This document shows positions 1-8,658 of a DNA stretch of 14,921 bases, piece by piece. The notes under the pieces are model-generated. The model made no database searches. It worked only from the letters and a program-made list of their open reading frames with translations, and was not told the origin of the DNA. Positions within the stretch are counted from its first letter, which is position 1. Each line of letters opens with the position of its first letter. The DNA is taken from the NCBI GenBank assembly GCA_036351155.1, contig JAZBOO010000200.1:1-14921 (forward strand), in the 5' to 3' direction. A program made the position numbers and the translations under genes. Source of the DNA: Candidatus Krumholzibacteriia bacterium. GTDB lineage: Bacteria; Krumholzibacteriota; Krumholzibacteriia; LZORAL124-64-63.

Positions 1-432
1 ACAACCAACGAGTTCAACGGCATAATTGAGCATGGCAAGCCCTCTGAAATTCTGGTTCTCGATTCGGAGATTTTCAAAACGATACACCCCAAGGCCATTG
101 TCACTTCGTACTCCGTAGTCCCTGTACCCAGACGGGTAGACATCGGGTCCAATAATCGTCTGTTCCACTCCGGCACCAACGAAGGTCAAGCTCCTGTCCC
201 CAGAAAGATACACGTAAACGTTGCCCCAGGAGTACTCGGTGTACTCGGTGTATCGCCCGGGGCCAATCATGATAATATCCCCATCTTCAGCCACGTCCAC
301 GGCATCTTGTATCACCGTGAAATCTCCACTGCCGTCCTTCTCGACGTTCCAGGTCCGGGCATGAGCCACACCGGCAAACACGGTGGCCAAAACAAGCACC
401 GTCCACGGAAATGACCTTATTCGATTACCCAT
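1..432 (-). CDS. Secreted right-handed parallel beta-helix (pectin lyase/pectinesterase-like fold) protein, N-terminal part; runs off the window edge
   Basis: Hand translation from ATG at 432: MGNRIRSFPWTVLVLATVFAGVAHA-RTWNVEKDGSGDFTVIQDAVDVAEDGDIIMIGPGRYTE..., open for 144 codons to position 1. Sec signal peptide ending AHA; 'V..DGSGDF..IQ.AV..A..GD.I.I.PG.Y.E' is the usual N-terminal cap of pectinesterase-like beta-helices; GGAGG RBS 6 nt upstream. Not in the ORF track because no stop lies in the window. Confidence 0.85.
   Translation of the reverse strand, partial: MGNRIRSFPWTVLVLATVFAGVAHARTWNVEKDGSGDFTVIQDAVDVAEDGDIIMIGPGRYTEYTEYSWGNVYVYLSGDRSLTFVGAGVEQTIIGPDVYPSGYRDYGVRSDNGLGVYRFENLRIENQNFRGLAMLNYAVELVGC
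232..252. repeat. 9-bp tandem duplication (GTACTCGGT x2 + GTA), in frame, giving YTEYTEY in the beta-helix protein
   Basis: Read directly: gtactcggt gtactcggt gta. Confidence 0.7.
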
Positions 433-565
433 GCCGGACCTCCAGGTTGTTGTTTCGTTGATGGAGTGGTCGGGCTGTTCACCGGACCAACATTAACTTC
501 CGCGTCATTAGCTTTCCTGCATAACGAAGCTGAGCAAAATAAACCCCGCTGGCAACAGAATGTCC

Positions 566-580
566 GGAACGGTCCGTTCC
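566..580. promoter_or_regulatory. Perfect 15-bp palindrome GGAACGG-T-CCGTTCC, candidate transcription-factor operator
   Basis: 7-bp arms with 1-nt spacer (too tight for a hairpin loop), about 135 bp upstream of the beta-helix gene start. Confidence 0.3.
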
Positions 581-900
581 TGGCCAAACAATTGAATGCG
601 CCCCAGTCTCCATCAACTCATCCATCAGACAGACTATGTGCCGGCCTCGCAGGTCGAAGATATCAAGGTGTACTTGAGCATCTGCCGGCAGCCCAAAATG
701 GATCTCTGTCCGGGGATTGTGAGAAAAACCATCACCTGATTGTTTGCGGAAAAGTTTTCACAATACTTGATGGTTACCAAAGGGCAGAGGGGAAAATATT
801 CTGACCATTACTTACCGGACTTGCCCATTCCTCTTTAAATGATTCTAGCATTTCATTGCTTGGTTTTCAAGCGTCCAGGGAAACCATGATGCCACCCCCC

Positions 901-2709
901 TCAGTCCGGGGCACCCGGCTCCGGGTGATCTCCCTTGTACATGCGCTCGATCAGCTGGTGATACTTGTCGGCGATGACCTTGCGGCGAATCTTCAAGGTG
1001 GGCGTGATTTCCCCGGCCTGCGCACTGAACTCGCGGGCCACAAGGGTGAACCGCTTGATCTTCTCGAAGGGCGCCAGGTGCAACGACTGCTCCTTGATGC
1101 GCTGGGTGTAAAACTCCACCACCTCGGGCAGCTTGATCAGCTCTTCGCGATTCTGGAACTGCAGCTTCTTGCGCTCGGCAAATTCCTGGAGGTTTTCGAA
1201 GGCGGGCACCACGATGGCGCTGATGAATTTTTGCCGATCGCCCACCACCGCCAGCTGGTCGATGTAGTGGTCCTTGCCCACCAGAGTTTCGATGCGCTGG
1301 GGCGCCACGTTCTTGCCGCCCGAGGTCACGATGATGTCCTTGATGCGGTCGGTGATCACGAGGAAGCCGTCTTCATCCAGGTGCCCGATATCGCCGGTGC
1401 GGAACCAGCCCTCGGTGAAGCATTCGGTGGTGGATTCCGGCTGCCCGAAGTACCCCGAGAACACGTTGGGGCCCCTGGCCTGGATCTCGCCCGTCTCGGC
1501 GTCGACCCGGATTTCCACCCCGTCGATGGGCCGCCCCACCGAACCGAACTTGAATGAGCCGGGCGCATTGCAGGTGAGCATGGGCGCGGTCTCGGTCAAC
1601 CCGTAACCCTGGCAAATGAGCAGCCCCACGCTCAGGAAGAACTCCTCGATCTTCTTGTCCAGCGCGGCTCCACCCGACGACAGGAAATTCTTGGGCCCAC
1701 CCATGACCTTGCGAATCTTCTTGAGCACCAGCGCGTCGGCCACCTTGTGCCGCCACTTCAATCCGGTGCCGATTTCCCGGCCTTCATACACCGCGGGCCA
1801 GTACTCGCCCCCCACGCTCACCGCCCAGTGGAACAGCTTGCGCCGCAGAGGCGGGGCCGTCTCCACCTTGGAATAGATGGTCGAGTACACCTTCTCGTAC
1901 AGCCGCGGAGCCGAGACCATGACCGTGGGCCCCACCTCGGCCAGCGCCGTGGCCACCTGCTTGGGATTGCTCAGGATGGTGTTGGTGGCCCCCTTGAGCA
2001 GCACATAGGTGGACCAGGTGCACTCGTAGGCGTGACTCAACGGCAGGAAGCACAGCGAGGTATCGCTGGGTCCCACCACGAAGCGACTGTCGATGGTGGT
2101 GTACTGATTGACGAAGTTGGCGTGGCTCAGCTGCACGCCCTTGGGCTGGCCCGTGGTGCCCGAGGTGTAGATCAGGGTGGCCAGATCGTCGGCGGACATG
2201 GCCTGACGGCGTGCGGCAATTTCGGCCTGCACTTCGGGCGCGGGATCATCCACCGACACATCCTTCAAGCGCAGGGCCTGCGGATCATCGAGTTCGGCCT
2301 CGGGGTCCAGCACCACCAGCTCACCCAGCCCGGGGCACGTGCTGCGCGCCTCGCAGGCTTTCTCGTATTCCGAGGCGCCGCCGACGAACAGCAGACCCAG
2401 GCCCGAATCGTTGATGATCCCGGCCATCTGCTCGGAGGTGTTCGTGGCATAGATGGGCACGGTCACCGCGCGCACCGACTGGATGGCATAATCGGCGATC
2501 AACCACTCGGGCAGGTTGGGCGCACAGATGCCCACGCGCTCACCGGGCTTGATGCCCCTGGCGACCAGACCGGCGGCCAGCTGTTCGATGGCCAGGCCCA
2601 GCTGGGCATAGGTGGTATCTTGCCACACGTCGCCAATTTTCCGCTTCAGGGCGATGTGCTTGGCATTGGCCTTGGCCGAAGCCAGAATTTCCAGACCCAG
2701 GTTGCGCAT
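901..2709 (-). CDS. fadD: Long-chain fatty acid--CoA ligase (AMP-dependent synthetase, FAA1/FadD15-like)
   Basis: YTSGTTGQPKG AMP-binding loop, FLPLSH, GYGLTE, GWFRTGDIG, DRIKD..VTSGGKNVAP, TPTLKIRR. Start moved to ATG 2709 (MRNLGL...), which has a GGAGA RBS. Confidence 0.93.
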   Translation of the reverse strand: MRNLGLEILASAKANAKHIALKRKIGDVWQDTTYAQLGLAIEQLAAGLVARGIKPGERVGICAPNLPEWLIADYAIQSVRAVTVPIYATNTSEQMAGIINDSGLGLLFVGGASEYEKACEARSTCPGLGELVVLDPEAELDDPQALRLKDVSVDDPAPEVQAEIAARRQAMSADDLATLIYTSGTTGQPKGVQLSHANFVNQYTTIDSRFVVGPSDTSLCFLPLSHAYECTWSTYVLLKGATNTILSNPKQVATALAEVGPTVMVSAPRLYEKVYSTIYSKVETAPPLRRKLFHWAVSVGGEYWPAVYEGREIGTGLKWRHKVADALVLKKIRKVMGGPKNFLSSGGAALDKKIEEFFLSVGLLICQGYGLTETAPMLTCNAPGSFKFGSVGRPIDGVEIRVDAETGEIQARGPNVFSGYFGQPESTTECFTEGWFRTGDIGHLDEDGFLVITDRIKDIIVTSGGKNVAPQRIETLVGKDHYIDQLAVVGDRQKFISAIVVPAFENLQEFAERKKLQFQNREELIKLPEVVEFYTQRIKEQSLHLAPFEKIKRFTLVAREFSAQAGEITPTLKIRRKVIADKYHQLIERMYKGDHPEPGAPD

Positions 2710-2891
2710 TTCAAATCTCCGATGAGGGTGGTGGGAGCGCCCAACAATACTCGCTCGAACCCCGAATCCCAACAGAATAGCCTTGATCGATAAAAAGAGG
2801 CGATTATTTCTGCCCTTTCTATCATGGGGAGGTCATTTGCAGTCAATCCAGCCCCGCGCTGAACCCCGATACATTCATGGAAGGTACCCAA

Positions 2892-4148
2892 ATGAAACGC
2901 ATGTTTCTTGTGACTCTGCTGATTCTGGTGTCCGTGGCCCTGGCAGCCCCGATGGCCATGGCCGAATGGTCCGGCCAGGTCACCACCCAGGACGGCGTGA
3001 CCGTGGTCACCAACCCCGAAACCCCGGCCTTCGGCACCGAGCGCCAGGTCATGCGCGAGGTGTGGCGTCGCGGCGGCGAGGACGATGAAGAGGTGTTCTT
3101 CGGGACCATCGCCGAGTTCCTGCATGACCAGGACGGCAACATCTACCTGCTGGACGGCCAGATCTCGGAGATCCAGGTGTTCGATCCCGCCGGCGAACTG
3201 CTGCGCACCGTGGGCCGTCAGGGTGAAGGCCCCGGCGAGTTCCAGAACGGCGCCGACATGTTCTGGGCTCCCAACGGCGAGATCGGCGTGGTGCAGGCCT
3301 GGCCCGGCAAGGTGGTCATGGTGACGGCCGACGGCGACCCCGGCACCACCTTTGCCCTGCCCTTCCGTGACGGCGGCGGCTTCCAGTCCGTCAGTCGCGG
3401 CGACCTGCAAGGTGAGGCCATTGTTCTGTCCGGCACCGCCTGGGCCCGCGAAGGCGAGCAGCAGATGCAGTTCTCCTACCTGAAAAGCTATGACCTGGCC
3501 GGCAACGAGATGGCCAGCTACCAGGACAACTCCCGGCCCACCAACTTCGGCAACTATGAATTCATCGAGGAAGAGTTCGTGGACTTCCAGCGCCGCTGGG
3601 ATGTGGCGCCCGACGGCCGCGTGGCCGCCGTCCTGGCCTTCGACGAGTACCGCATTCACGTCTGGAATGCCGACGGCACCGTCAACCGGATCATCGAACG
3701 GCCCGACTACCAGAAGGTCAAGCGCACCGGCGACGAGAAGGCCATGTTCCAGACCATGTACGACGCCTTCACACGGTGGAATCGCGGCAGCACCTTCCGG
3801 GTGAATGACCATCACAACACCGTGGAGCAGATTCTCTTCCGCGAGGACGGCACCCTGTGGGCCCAGAGCAGCGCCCAGCGGTGGCGCACCGCCGAGGGCG
3901 ATTTCACCAGCTTCGACGTCTACGACCGCGAGGGCCGCTTCATGAAAACAGTGACCCTGGTGGCCGACGCCGACGCGGTGAAGGACGGCCTGTTCTTTGC
4001 GGGTGACCGCGCCTTCGTGGTGACCGATCTGCTGGACGCCATGATGGCCCGCATGGGCGGCGATGGCGAGACGGATCTGGACCTGGAAGCCGAGCCGGTG
4101 ACCGTGATCAGCTACGAATTCCCCGCGCAGCTGGCCACCTCTCCCTGA
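2892..4148 (+). CDS. Secreted 6-bladed beta-propeller (NHL/TolB-like) protein
   Basis: Signal peptide MKRMFLVTLLILVSVALAAPMAMA; DQDGNIYLLD..IQVFD..GE.LRTVGRQGEGPGEF motif; later FDVYDREGRF blade; GGAAGG upstream of ATG 2892; strong GC3 codon bias. Confidence 0.85.
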   Translation: MKRMFLVTLLILVSVALAAPMAMAEWSGQVTTQDGVTVVTNPETPAFGTERQVMREVWRRGGEDDEEVFFGTIAEFLHDQDGNIYLLDGQISEIQVFDPAGELLRTVGRQGEGPGEFQNGADMFWAPNGEIGVVQAWPGKVVMVTADGDPGTTFALPFRDGGGFQSVSRGDLQGEAIVLSGTAWAREGEQQMQFSYLKSYDLAGNEMASYQDNSRPTNFGNYEFIEEEFVDFQRRWDVAPDGRVAAVLAFDEYRIHVWNADGTVNRIIERPDYQKVKRTGDEKAMFQTMYDAFTRWNRGSTFRVNDHHNTVEQILFREDGTLWAQSSAQRWRTAEGDFTSFDVYDREGRFMKTVTLVADADAVKDGLFFAGDRAFVVTDLLDAMMARMGGDGETDLDLEAEPVTVISYEFPAQLATSP

Positions 4149-4154
4149 TCCGCT

Positions 4155-5627
4155 TCAGTCTGACCGGGGGCGGCCGTCACGTGCGGCCGCCCCTTTCTCC
4201 ACGATCCCCTTGAGCATTCCTTCAAACACCGGTCCGTGCACCGGGTACAGCAGGTACCAGTAGATCAGGCCGAACAGGCCTTCGGGATCGAACATGGCCG
4301 TCTGACGCACCGCCGCACCGTTTTCAGTGGGCTCCACCTCGAACTCCAGCCAGGCCCGGCCCGGCACTTTCATCTCCGCGCGCAGCCGCAGAATACGGCC
4401 GGGCTCGTACTTTTCCACCCGCCAGAAATCGAGGGCATCGCCCACCCGCAGATCCTCGGGATCTCGGCGGCCTCGGCGCACCCCCACCCCGCCCACCAGA
4501 AGGTCCAGCCAGCCGCGAATCTTCCAGAGGAAGTTGTGGGCATACCAGCCGGTTTCTCCGCCGATGCGCCGGATCGGGGCAAACACCTCAGCCGGTGATA
4601 GATCGGTGGAAATCGACCGCGAATCCAGCATCCGGTTGCGGTACTGCACACCCCCGCGGCTGGTCCTGTTCCCCGCGGCGGAATAGGCATCGAACCAGCT
4701 GGTCTCGATGAACTCCTGCTCTTCGCGCACCAGAGCCGTGGCGATGGCTTCGGGCATGCCCCCGGGCCGCACCCGGAAGGCTTCCTGGGCCGAGTGGTCG
4801 TTGATCACGGTGGGGATCATGATGCTTTCGATGAGCTTCTTGCCCACCTGGGCATAGAGCGGCGTCACCAGCCCCAGCCACAGACTGGACAGCCAGGGTG
4901 TGAGCACGGGGACCGGCAGCATGCGCCGGGTCAAACCACGCTGCTTCGCGTACTCCCGCATCAGATCGCCATAGGAGGCCCGATCCGCCCCACCGATCTC
5001 GAAAACACGCGACTCCGGCGGCAAGTCCAGGGACTCGACCAGGTATTCCAGCAGGTCGTTCACGGCGATGGGCTGGGCCTCGACGCTGACCCAGCGGGGG
5101 GTGAGCATGATGGGCAGCCTCTCGACCAGGCTGCGGATCATCTCGAACGAAAGACTGCCCGAACCCAGGACGATGGAGGCGCGCAGCTCGATGGTCGGCA
5201 CCCCGCTTTCCCGCAGGATGCGCCCCACTTCATGCCGGCTGCGCAGGTGCGGGGAGAGGTCCGTCTTGTCCTCGGCCAGTCCTCCCAGATAGATGATGCG
5301 CTTCACCTTGGCCCGCCTGGCTGCCCGGCCAAAGTTCTCCGCCCCGAGGCGGTCCAGGTCCTCGAACCCGCGGCGTGCGCCCATGGAGTGCACCAGGTAG
5401 TAAGCGGTGTCCACGCCTTCCATGGCCGCGAACAGGGTGTCTTCATCCAGAACGTCGCCGGTGACCACCTCGGTGGTCGAGGCCACGCGCTTTCGCAGTC
5501 GCACGGGGTCGCGCACCAGGCAGCGCACCGGGTAGCCCAGCTCTTCCAGCTGTCGCCGCAACCGACCGCCCACGTAGCCGGTGGCTCCGGTGACCAGGAT
5601 CAGACTCTCCGATTTAGGCTGGCGCAC
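4155..5627 (-). CDS. NAD(P)-binding atypical SDR fused to DUF2867 (YbjT-like)
   Basis: ILVTGATGYVGG Rossmann motif, YYLVHSM, SPHLRSRHEVG; C-terminal IGGETGWY..LWKIRGWLD..GDALDFWRV..LRAEMKVPGRAWLEF typical of DUF2867. Start uncertain: GTG 5627 (GGGAAG upstream) or ATG 5648. Confidence 0.88.
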   Translation of the reverse strand: MRQPKSESLILVTGATGYVGGRLRRQLEELGYPVRCLVRDPVRLRKRVASTTEVVTGDVLDEDTLFAAMEGVDTAYYLVHSMGARRGFEDLDRLGAENFGRAARRAKVKRIIYLGGLAEDKTDLSPHLRSRHEVGRILRESGVPTIELRASIVLGSGSLSFEMIRSLVERLPIMLTPRWVSVEAQPIAVNDLLEYLVESLDLPPESRVFEIGGADRASYGDLMREYAKQRGLTRRMLPVPVLTPWLSSLWLGLVTPLYAQVGKKLIESIMIPTVINDHSAQEAFRVRPGGMPEAIATALVREEQEFIETSWFDAYSAAGNRTSRGGVQYRNRMLDSRSISTDLSPAEVFAPIRRIGGETGWYAHNFLWKIRGWLDLLVGGVGVRRGRRDPEDLRVGDALDFWRVEKYEPGRILRLRAEMKVPGRAWLEFEVEPTENGAAVRQTAMFDPEGLFGLIYWYLLYPVHGPVFEGMLKGIVEKGAAARDGRPRSD

Positions 5628-5689
5628 AACGAACTTCCCTTCTAACATCGCTGGGTCACTGGACACACTATCAAGGACCGATAAATCTC

Positions 5690-6271
5690 ATGCTTCGCAA
5701 CATCTGTTTCCTTTTCATCCTCATGGCCGTCCCCATCGGGGCGCTCGGCGGAGAAAACGACATGACCGCTCCCATCACCATCGTTTCTTTCCAGGACGAC
5801 CTGGGCCAGTGGACCGTCGTCAACGACGGCGTCATGGGCGGGGTCTCCCGCAGCCGCATCACCCGAACCGAGCAGGGCACCGGCCTGTTCACCGGACGGG
5901 TCTCCCTGGAATTCAACGGGGGCTTCGCCTCGGTGCGCACCAAGCTGCCGAGCCAGGATCTTTCCGCTTTCGAGGGCGTCGAAATCCGGGTCAAGGGCAA
6001 CGGCCGCACCTACCAGCTGCGATTCCGCAACGACGCCCAGTTCGATGGGGCCGCCTACGCCGCCGATTTCCCCACCACCGCAGGGGAATGGACCACCCTG
6101 CGGATTCCCTTTGCCGATTTCCAGCCCACCTTCCGTGGACGCCTGTTGAAAGACTACCCGCCCCTGGACCAAAGTGCACTGCGGCAGTTGACCTTCATGA
6201 TCGCCGACAAGAAGGCCGGACCCTTCCGGCTGGAGATCGACTGGGTACGCACCTACAAGCCCCTCGATTGA
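5690..6271 (+). CDS. CIA30 family protein (complex I intermediate-associated protein 30-like), with probable signal peptide
   Basis: W..VNDGVMGGVS, G.VSLE.NGGFASVR, RVKGNGRTY, IPFADF.PTFRG, KKAGPFRLEI motifs. Alternative start at ATG 5762. Confidence 0.9.
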   Translation: MLRNICFLFILMAVPIGALGGENDMTAPITIVSFQDDLGQWTVVNDGVMGGVSRSRITRTEQGTGLFTGRVSLEFNGGFASVRTKLPSQDLSAFEGVEIRVKGNGRTYQLRFRNDAQFDGAAYAADFPTTAGEWTTLRIPFADFQPTFRGRLLKDYPPLDQSALRQLTFMIADKKAGPFRLEIDWVRTYKPLD

Positions 6272-6287
6272 CGCAGGAGAACCCAGC

Positions 6288-7616
6288 ATGCCTCTGATCA
6301 CCGGCCAGAACCTGGACGATCGACTGGAAAACCTCTACGCCCTGGTGGCCGACGAGGAAGATTCACGCAGCTGCCGGGACCTGGACGATGACGCCTGCCA
6401 CTGGGTTCCTCGCAATTTCTTCATCTACCTGATCAGCCAGACGTTGACCGGCCTGGGCGATGCTCTTTCCAGCCCCAAGACCGTGCTGACCTGGGTGATG
6501 GCCTCGGTGGGCGCGCCCACGGCCATGATCGCCCTGCTGGTCCCCATCCGCGAATCCGGTTCCATGCTGCCCCAGCTGGCCCTCGGAGGCTGGGTGCGGA
6601 ATCGGCCCCTGCGCAAACCGGTGTGGCTGGTCGGCAGCGCCTTGCAGGGCTTTTCCATCCTGGCCTGTGCTCTGGCGGCCCTGTGGCTCGAGGGCCGGAC
6701 CGCCGGCCTGGTGATCCTGACCGCGGTGGTGGCCTTCTCACTGGCCCGGTCGCTGAATTCCATCGCCAGCAAGGACATCGTGGGCAAGACCATTCCCAAG
6801 GGCCGCCGCGGCCGCCTGGGCGGGTGGTCGGCAGGCCTTTCGGGCCTTCTCACCTTGGGGGTCGGCCTGTGGTTCACCCTGGGAGCCGGAGATCGGCACG
6901 ACACCGAATTCTACGCCGGTCTGCTGTTCGCCGCGGGCATCATGTGGCTGATCGCCTTGCTGCTGTTCAGCTTCCTTCAGGAAACGCCCGGCGAAACGGC
7001 CGGCGGCGTGAACGGATGGCGATCCGCCTGGCAAAGCCTGGGTCTGCTGCGCACCGACGCGCCCTTCCGGCGCTTCGTCCTGACCCGGTCCCTCCTGCTG
7101 TGTTCGGCCCTCACGGCCCCCTTCTACGTGGTCCTGGCTCGCCAGCACGGCGACGGAAGTGCCGCCATGCTGGGCGTCTTCATGATTGCCGGCGGATTGG
7201 CTTCCAGCCTGTCTGCCCCGGTGTGGGGCATACGTGCTGACAGTTCCAGCCGCAAGGTCATGATCCAGGCCGCCCTGCTGACTGGAATGCTGGGCGTGGG
7301 AGCCTACGGACTGATGACCTGGGCATCCCACCTGGCAGCGACCGCCTGGCTGTTCCCGGTCCTCTTCTTCGTCCTGGGCGTGGCCCACGCCGGAGTGCGC
7401 GCCGGACGCAAGACCTACCTGGTGGACCTGGCCGGCGGAGTCAAGCGCACCGACTACGTGTCGGTCAGCAACACTCTGATCGCCCTCGTCCTTCTGGCCA
7501 TGGGTGCGGTCACCAGCTTCTTCTCGTTCCTGGACCCCATCCTGATCATCCTGGGACTTTCCGTCCTGGGCCTGGGCGGCGCCGTCCTGGCCGTCACCCT
7601 GCCCGAGGTCCAGTGA
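6288..7616 (+). CDS. Major facilitator superfamily transporter
   Basis: About 12 hydrophobic segments; LVPIRESGSMLPQ, KDIVGKTIPKGRRGRL, WG..AD..SRKVM, GRKTYLVDLA motifs; AGGAG RBS; 16 bp after CIA30, probably co-transcribed. Confidence 0.88.
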   Translation: MPLITGQNLDDRLENLYALVADEEDSRSCRDLDDDACHWVPRNFFIYLISQTLTGLGDALSSPKTVLTWVMASVGAPTAMIALLVPIRESGSMLPQLALGGWVRNRPLRKPVWLVGSALQGFSILACALAALWLEGRTAGLVILTAVVAFSLARSLNSIASKDIVGKTIPKGRRGRLGGWSAGLSGLLTLGVGLWFTLGAGDRHDTEFYAGLLFAAGIMWLIALLLFSFLQETPGETAGGVNGWRSAWQSLGLLRTDAPFRRFVLTRSLLLCSALTAPFYVVLARQHGDGSAAMLGVFMIAGGLASSLSAPVWGIRADSSSRKVMIQAALLTGMLGVGAYGLMTWASHLAATAWLFPVLFFVLGVAHAGVRAGRKTYLVDLAGGVKRTDYVSVSNTLIALVLLAMGAVTSFFSFLDPILIILGLSVLGLGGAVLAVTLPEVQ

Positions 7617-7629
7617 ACCTTGGTCCGGA

Positions 7630-8658
7630 TCATCGCTTCAGCAGATAGTGCCCGACGAACCACTCCCGGCCCCCGCGGTAGCCGAACAGCTCCGCGCAGG
7701 CCATGAAGAAGATGCGCCAGCGCACCCACCACCGTGTCACCTGATCTGCGCCGTAAGTTCCCGCCAGAATCTCGCGCACCTGATTCCGTTGATCGTCCAT
7801 GCGCGTCAGCCAGGCCTCGCAGGTTTTCTGGTAATGCTCCCCCGGCACCTGCCAGGACTGGGCCACTTTCAGATCCTGATCGAAGCGGGAGAGCAGATCG
7901 TCCGAGGGCATGGTCCCGCCGGTGAAGAAGTAGCGGGCCATCCAGTCGTCGGGTCCCTCGGACTCGTAGTGATAGGCCAGGCGCGCGTGCACGAAGATGT
8001 GGACGAACAGCGCCCCCTCGGGCTTCAACCACGAGGCAATGCGCTTCAGCAGCTCCTGGTAGTTTTTCATGTGCTCGAACATCTCGATGGACACCACCCG
8101 ATCGAACTTCTCGTCGGGCGTGAAGGTGTTCATATCCGCCGTCAGGACCTTCAGGTTGGTCAAACCGCGCTCGGCGGCGCGGGCCCGGATGAAATCCCCC
8201 TGGGGGCCGCTGTTGGACACCGCGGTGAACTGGGCCCCGGGAAATTTCTCGGCCATGTACAGGGACAAGGAACCCCAGCCGCATCCCAGATCCAGGACCT
8301 GCATCCCATCGGTCACCCCGGCGCGTTCCACCGTCAGCGCCAGCATGCGCTCCTCGCTTTCGGCCAGGGTGGTCACCCCCTCGGGCCAGTAGCCGCAGCT
8401 GTACTTCAGGTGGGGGCCCAGCACGGTGGTGAAGAACTCAGGGGGCAGCTCGTAGTGCTGCTCGTTGGCGTCGTCGGTGTGCAAGGCGATGGGCATCGTT
8501 TTCAGCTCCTCCACGAAGGCCGCCACCTTTGCGGTGGCCTCCTGCGAAGAGTCGCCCGCCTCCTTGTCCAGCCGTCGCTGACAGCGCTGCCTGATCGCTC
8601 GCCTGATCACCCAGTCGGGCACCAGATCCCGATCCAGTATTCCCAGATACCACATCAT
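7630..8658 (-). CDS. SAM-dependent methyltransferase, Cfa/coclaurine N-methyltransferase-like (second methylase of the cluster)
   Basis: ANEQHYELP, LKYSCGYW, LDLGCGWGS, SIEMFEHM, WMARYFFTGGTMPS, FFMACAELFG. Start ATG 8658 overlaps the DUF1295 stop (ATGA) and has AAGGA upstream. Confidence 0.9.
   Translation of the reverse strand: MMWYLGILDRDLVPDWVIRRAIRQRCQRRLDKEAGDSSQEATAKVAAFVEELKTMPIALHTDDANEQHYELPPEFFTTVLGPHLKYSCGYWPEGVTTLAESEERMLALTVERAGVTDGMQVLDLGCGWGSLSLYMAEKFPGAQFTAVSNSGPQGDFIRARAAERGLTNLKVLTADMNTFTPDEKFDRVVSIEMFEHMKNYQELLKRIASWLKPEGALFVHIFVHARLAYHYESEGPDDWMARYFFTGGTMPSDDLLSRFDQDLKVAQSWQVPGEHYQKTCEAWLTRMDDQRNQVREILAGTYGADQVTRWWVRWRIFFMACAELFGYRGGREWFVGHYLLKR

Noticed and set aside
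466..804. 112-aa plus-strand ORF
   Set aside because: No recognisable motif, atypical codon usage, and it begins only about 30 bp from the divergent beta-helix start; probably spurious.
433..900. Possible attC site, CRISPR repeats or tRNA in the left intergenic region
   Set aside because: No matching RYYYAAC/GTTRRRY pair, no regularly spaced repeats and no cloverleaf found.
2710..2772. N-terminal extension of fadD in the ORF track (likewise the extensions to 8709, 5666 and 2877)
   Set aside because: Downstream starts have better RBSs or stop/start coupling, and the extensions are not family-like.
856..2793. Long plus-strand ORFs (856-1557, 1747-2793) opposite fadD
   Set aside because: Antisense shadow frames typical of GC-rich coding DNA.
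2710..2891. Possible promoter or riboswitch in the fadD / beta-propeller divergent region
   Set aside because: No convincing -35/-10 pair, dyad or riboswitch consensus seen by eye.
5640..5670. Second CarH-like site (CTAACA...TGGACA) between the SDR and CIA30 genes
   Set aside because: The ACA triplets are 18 bp apart, not in 11-bp phase.
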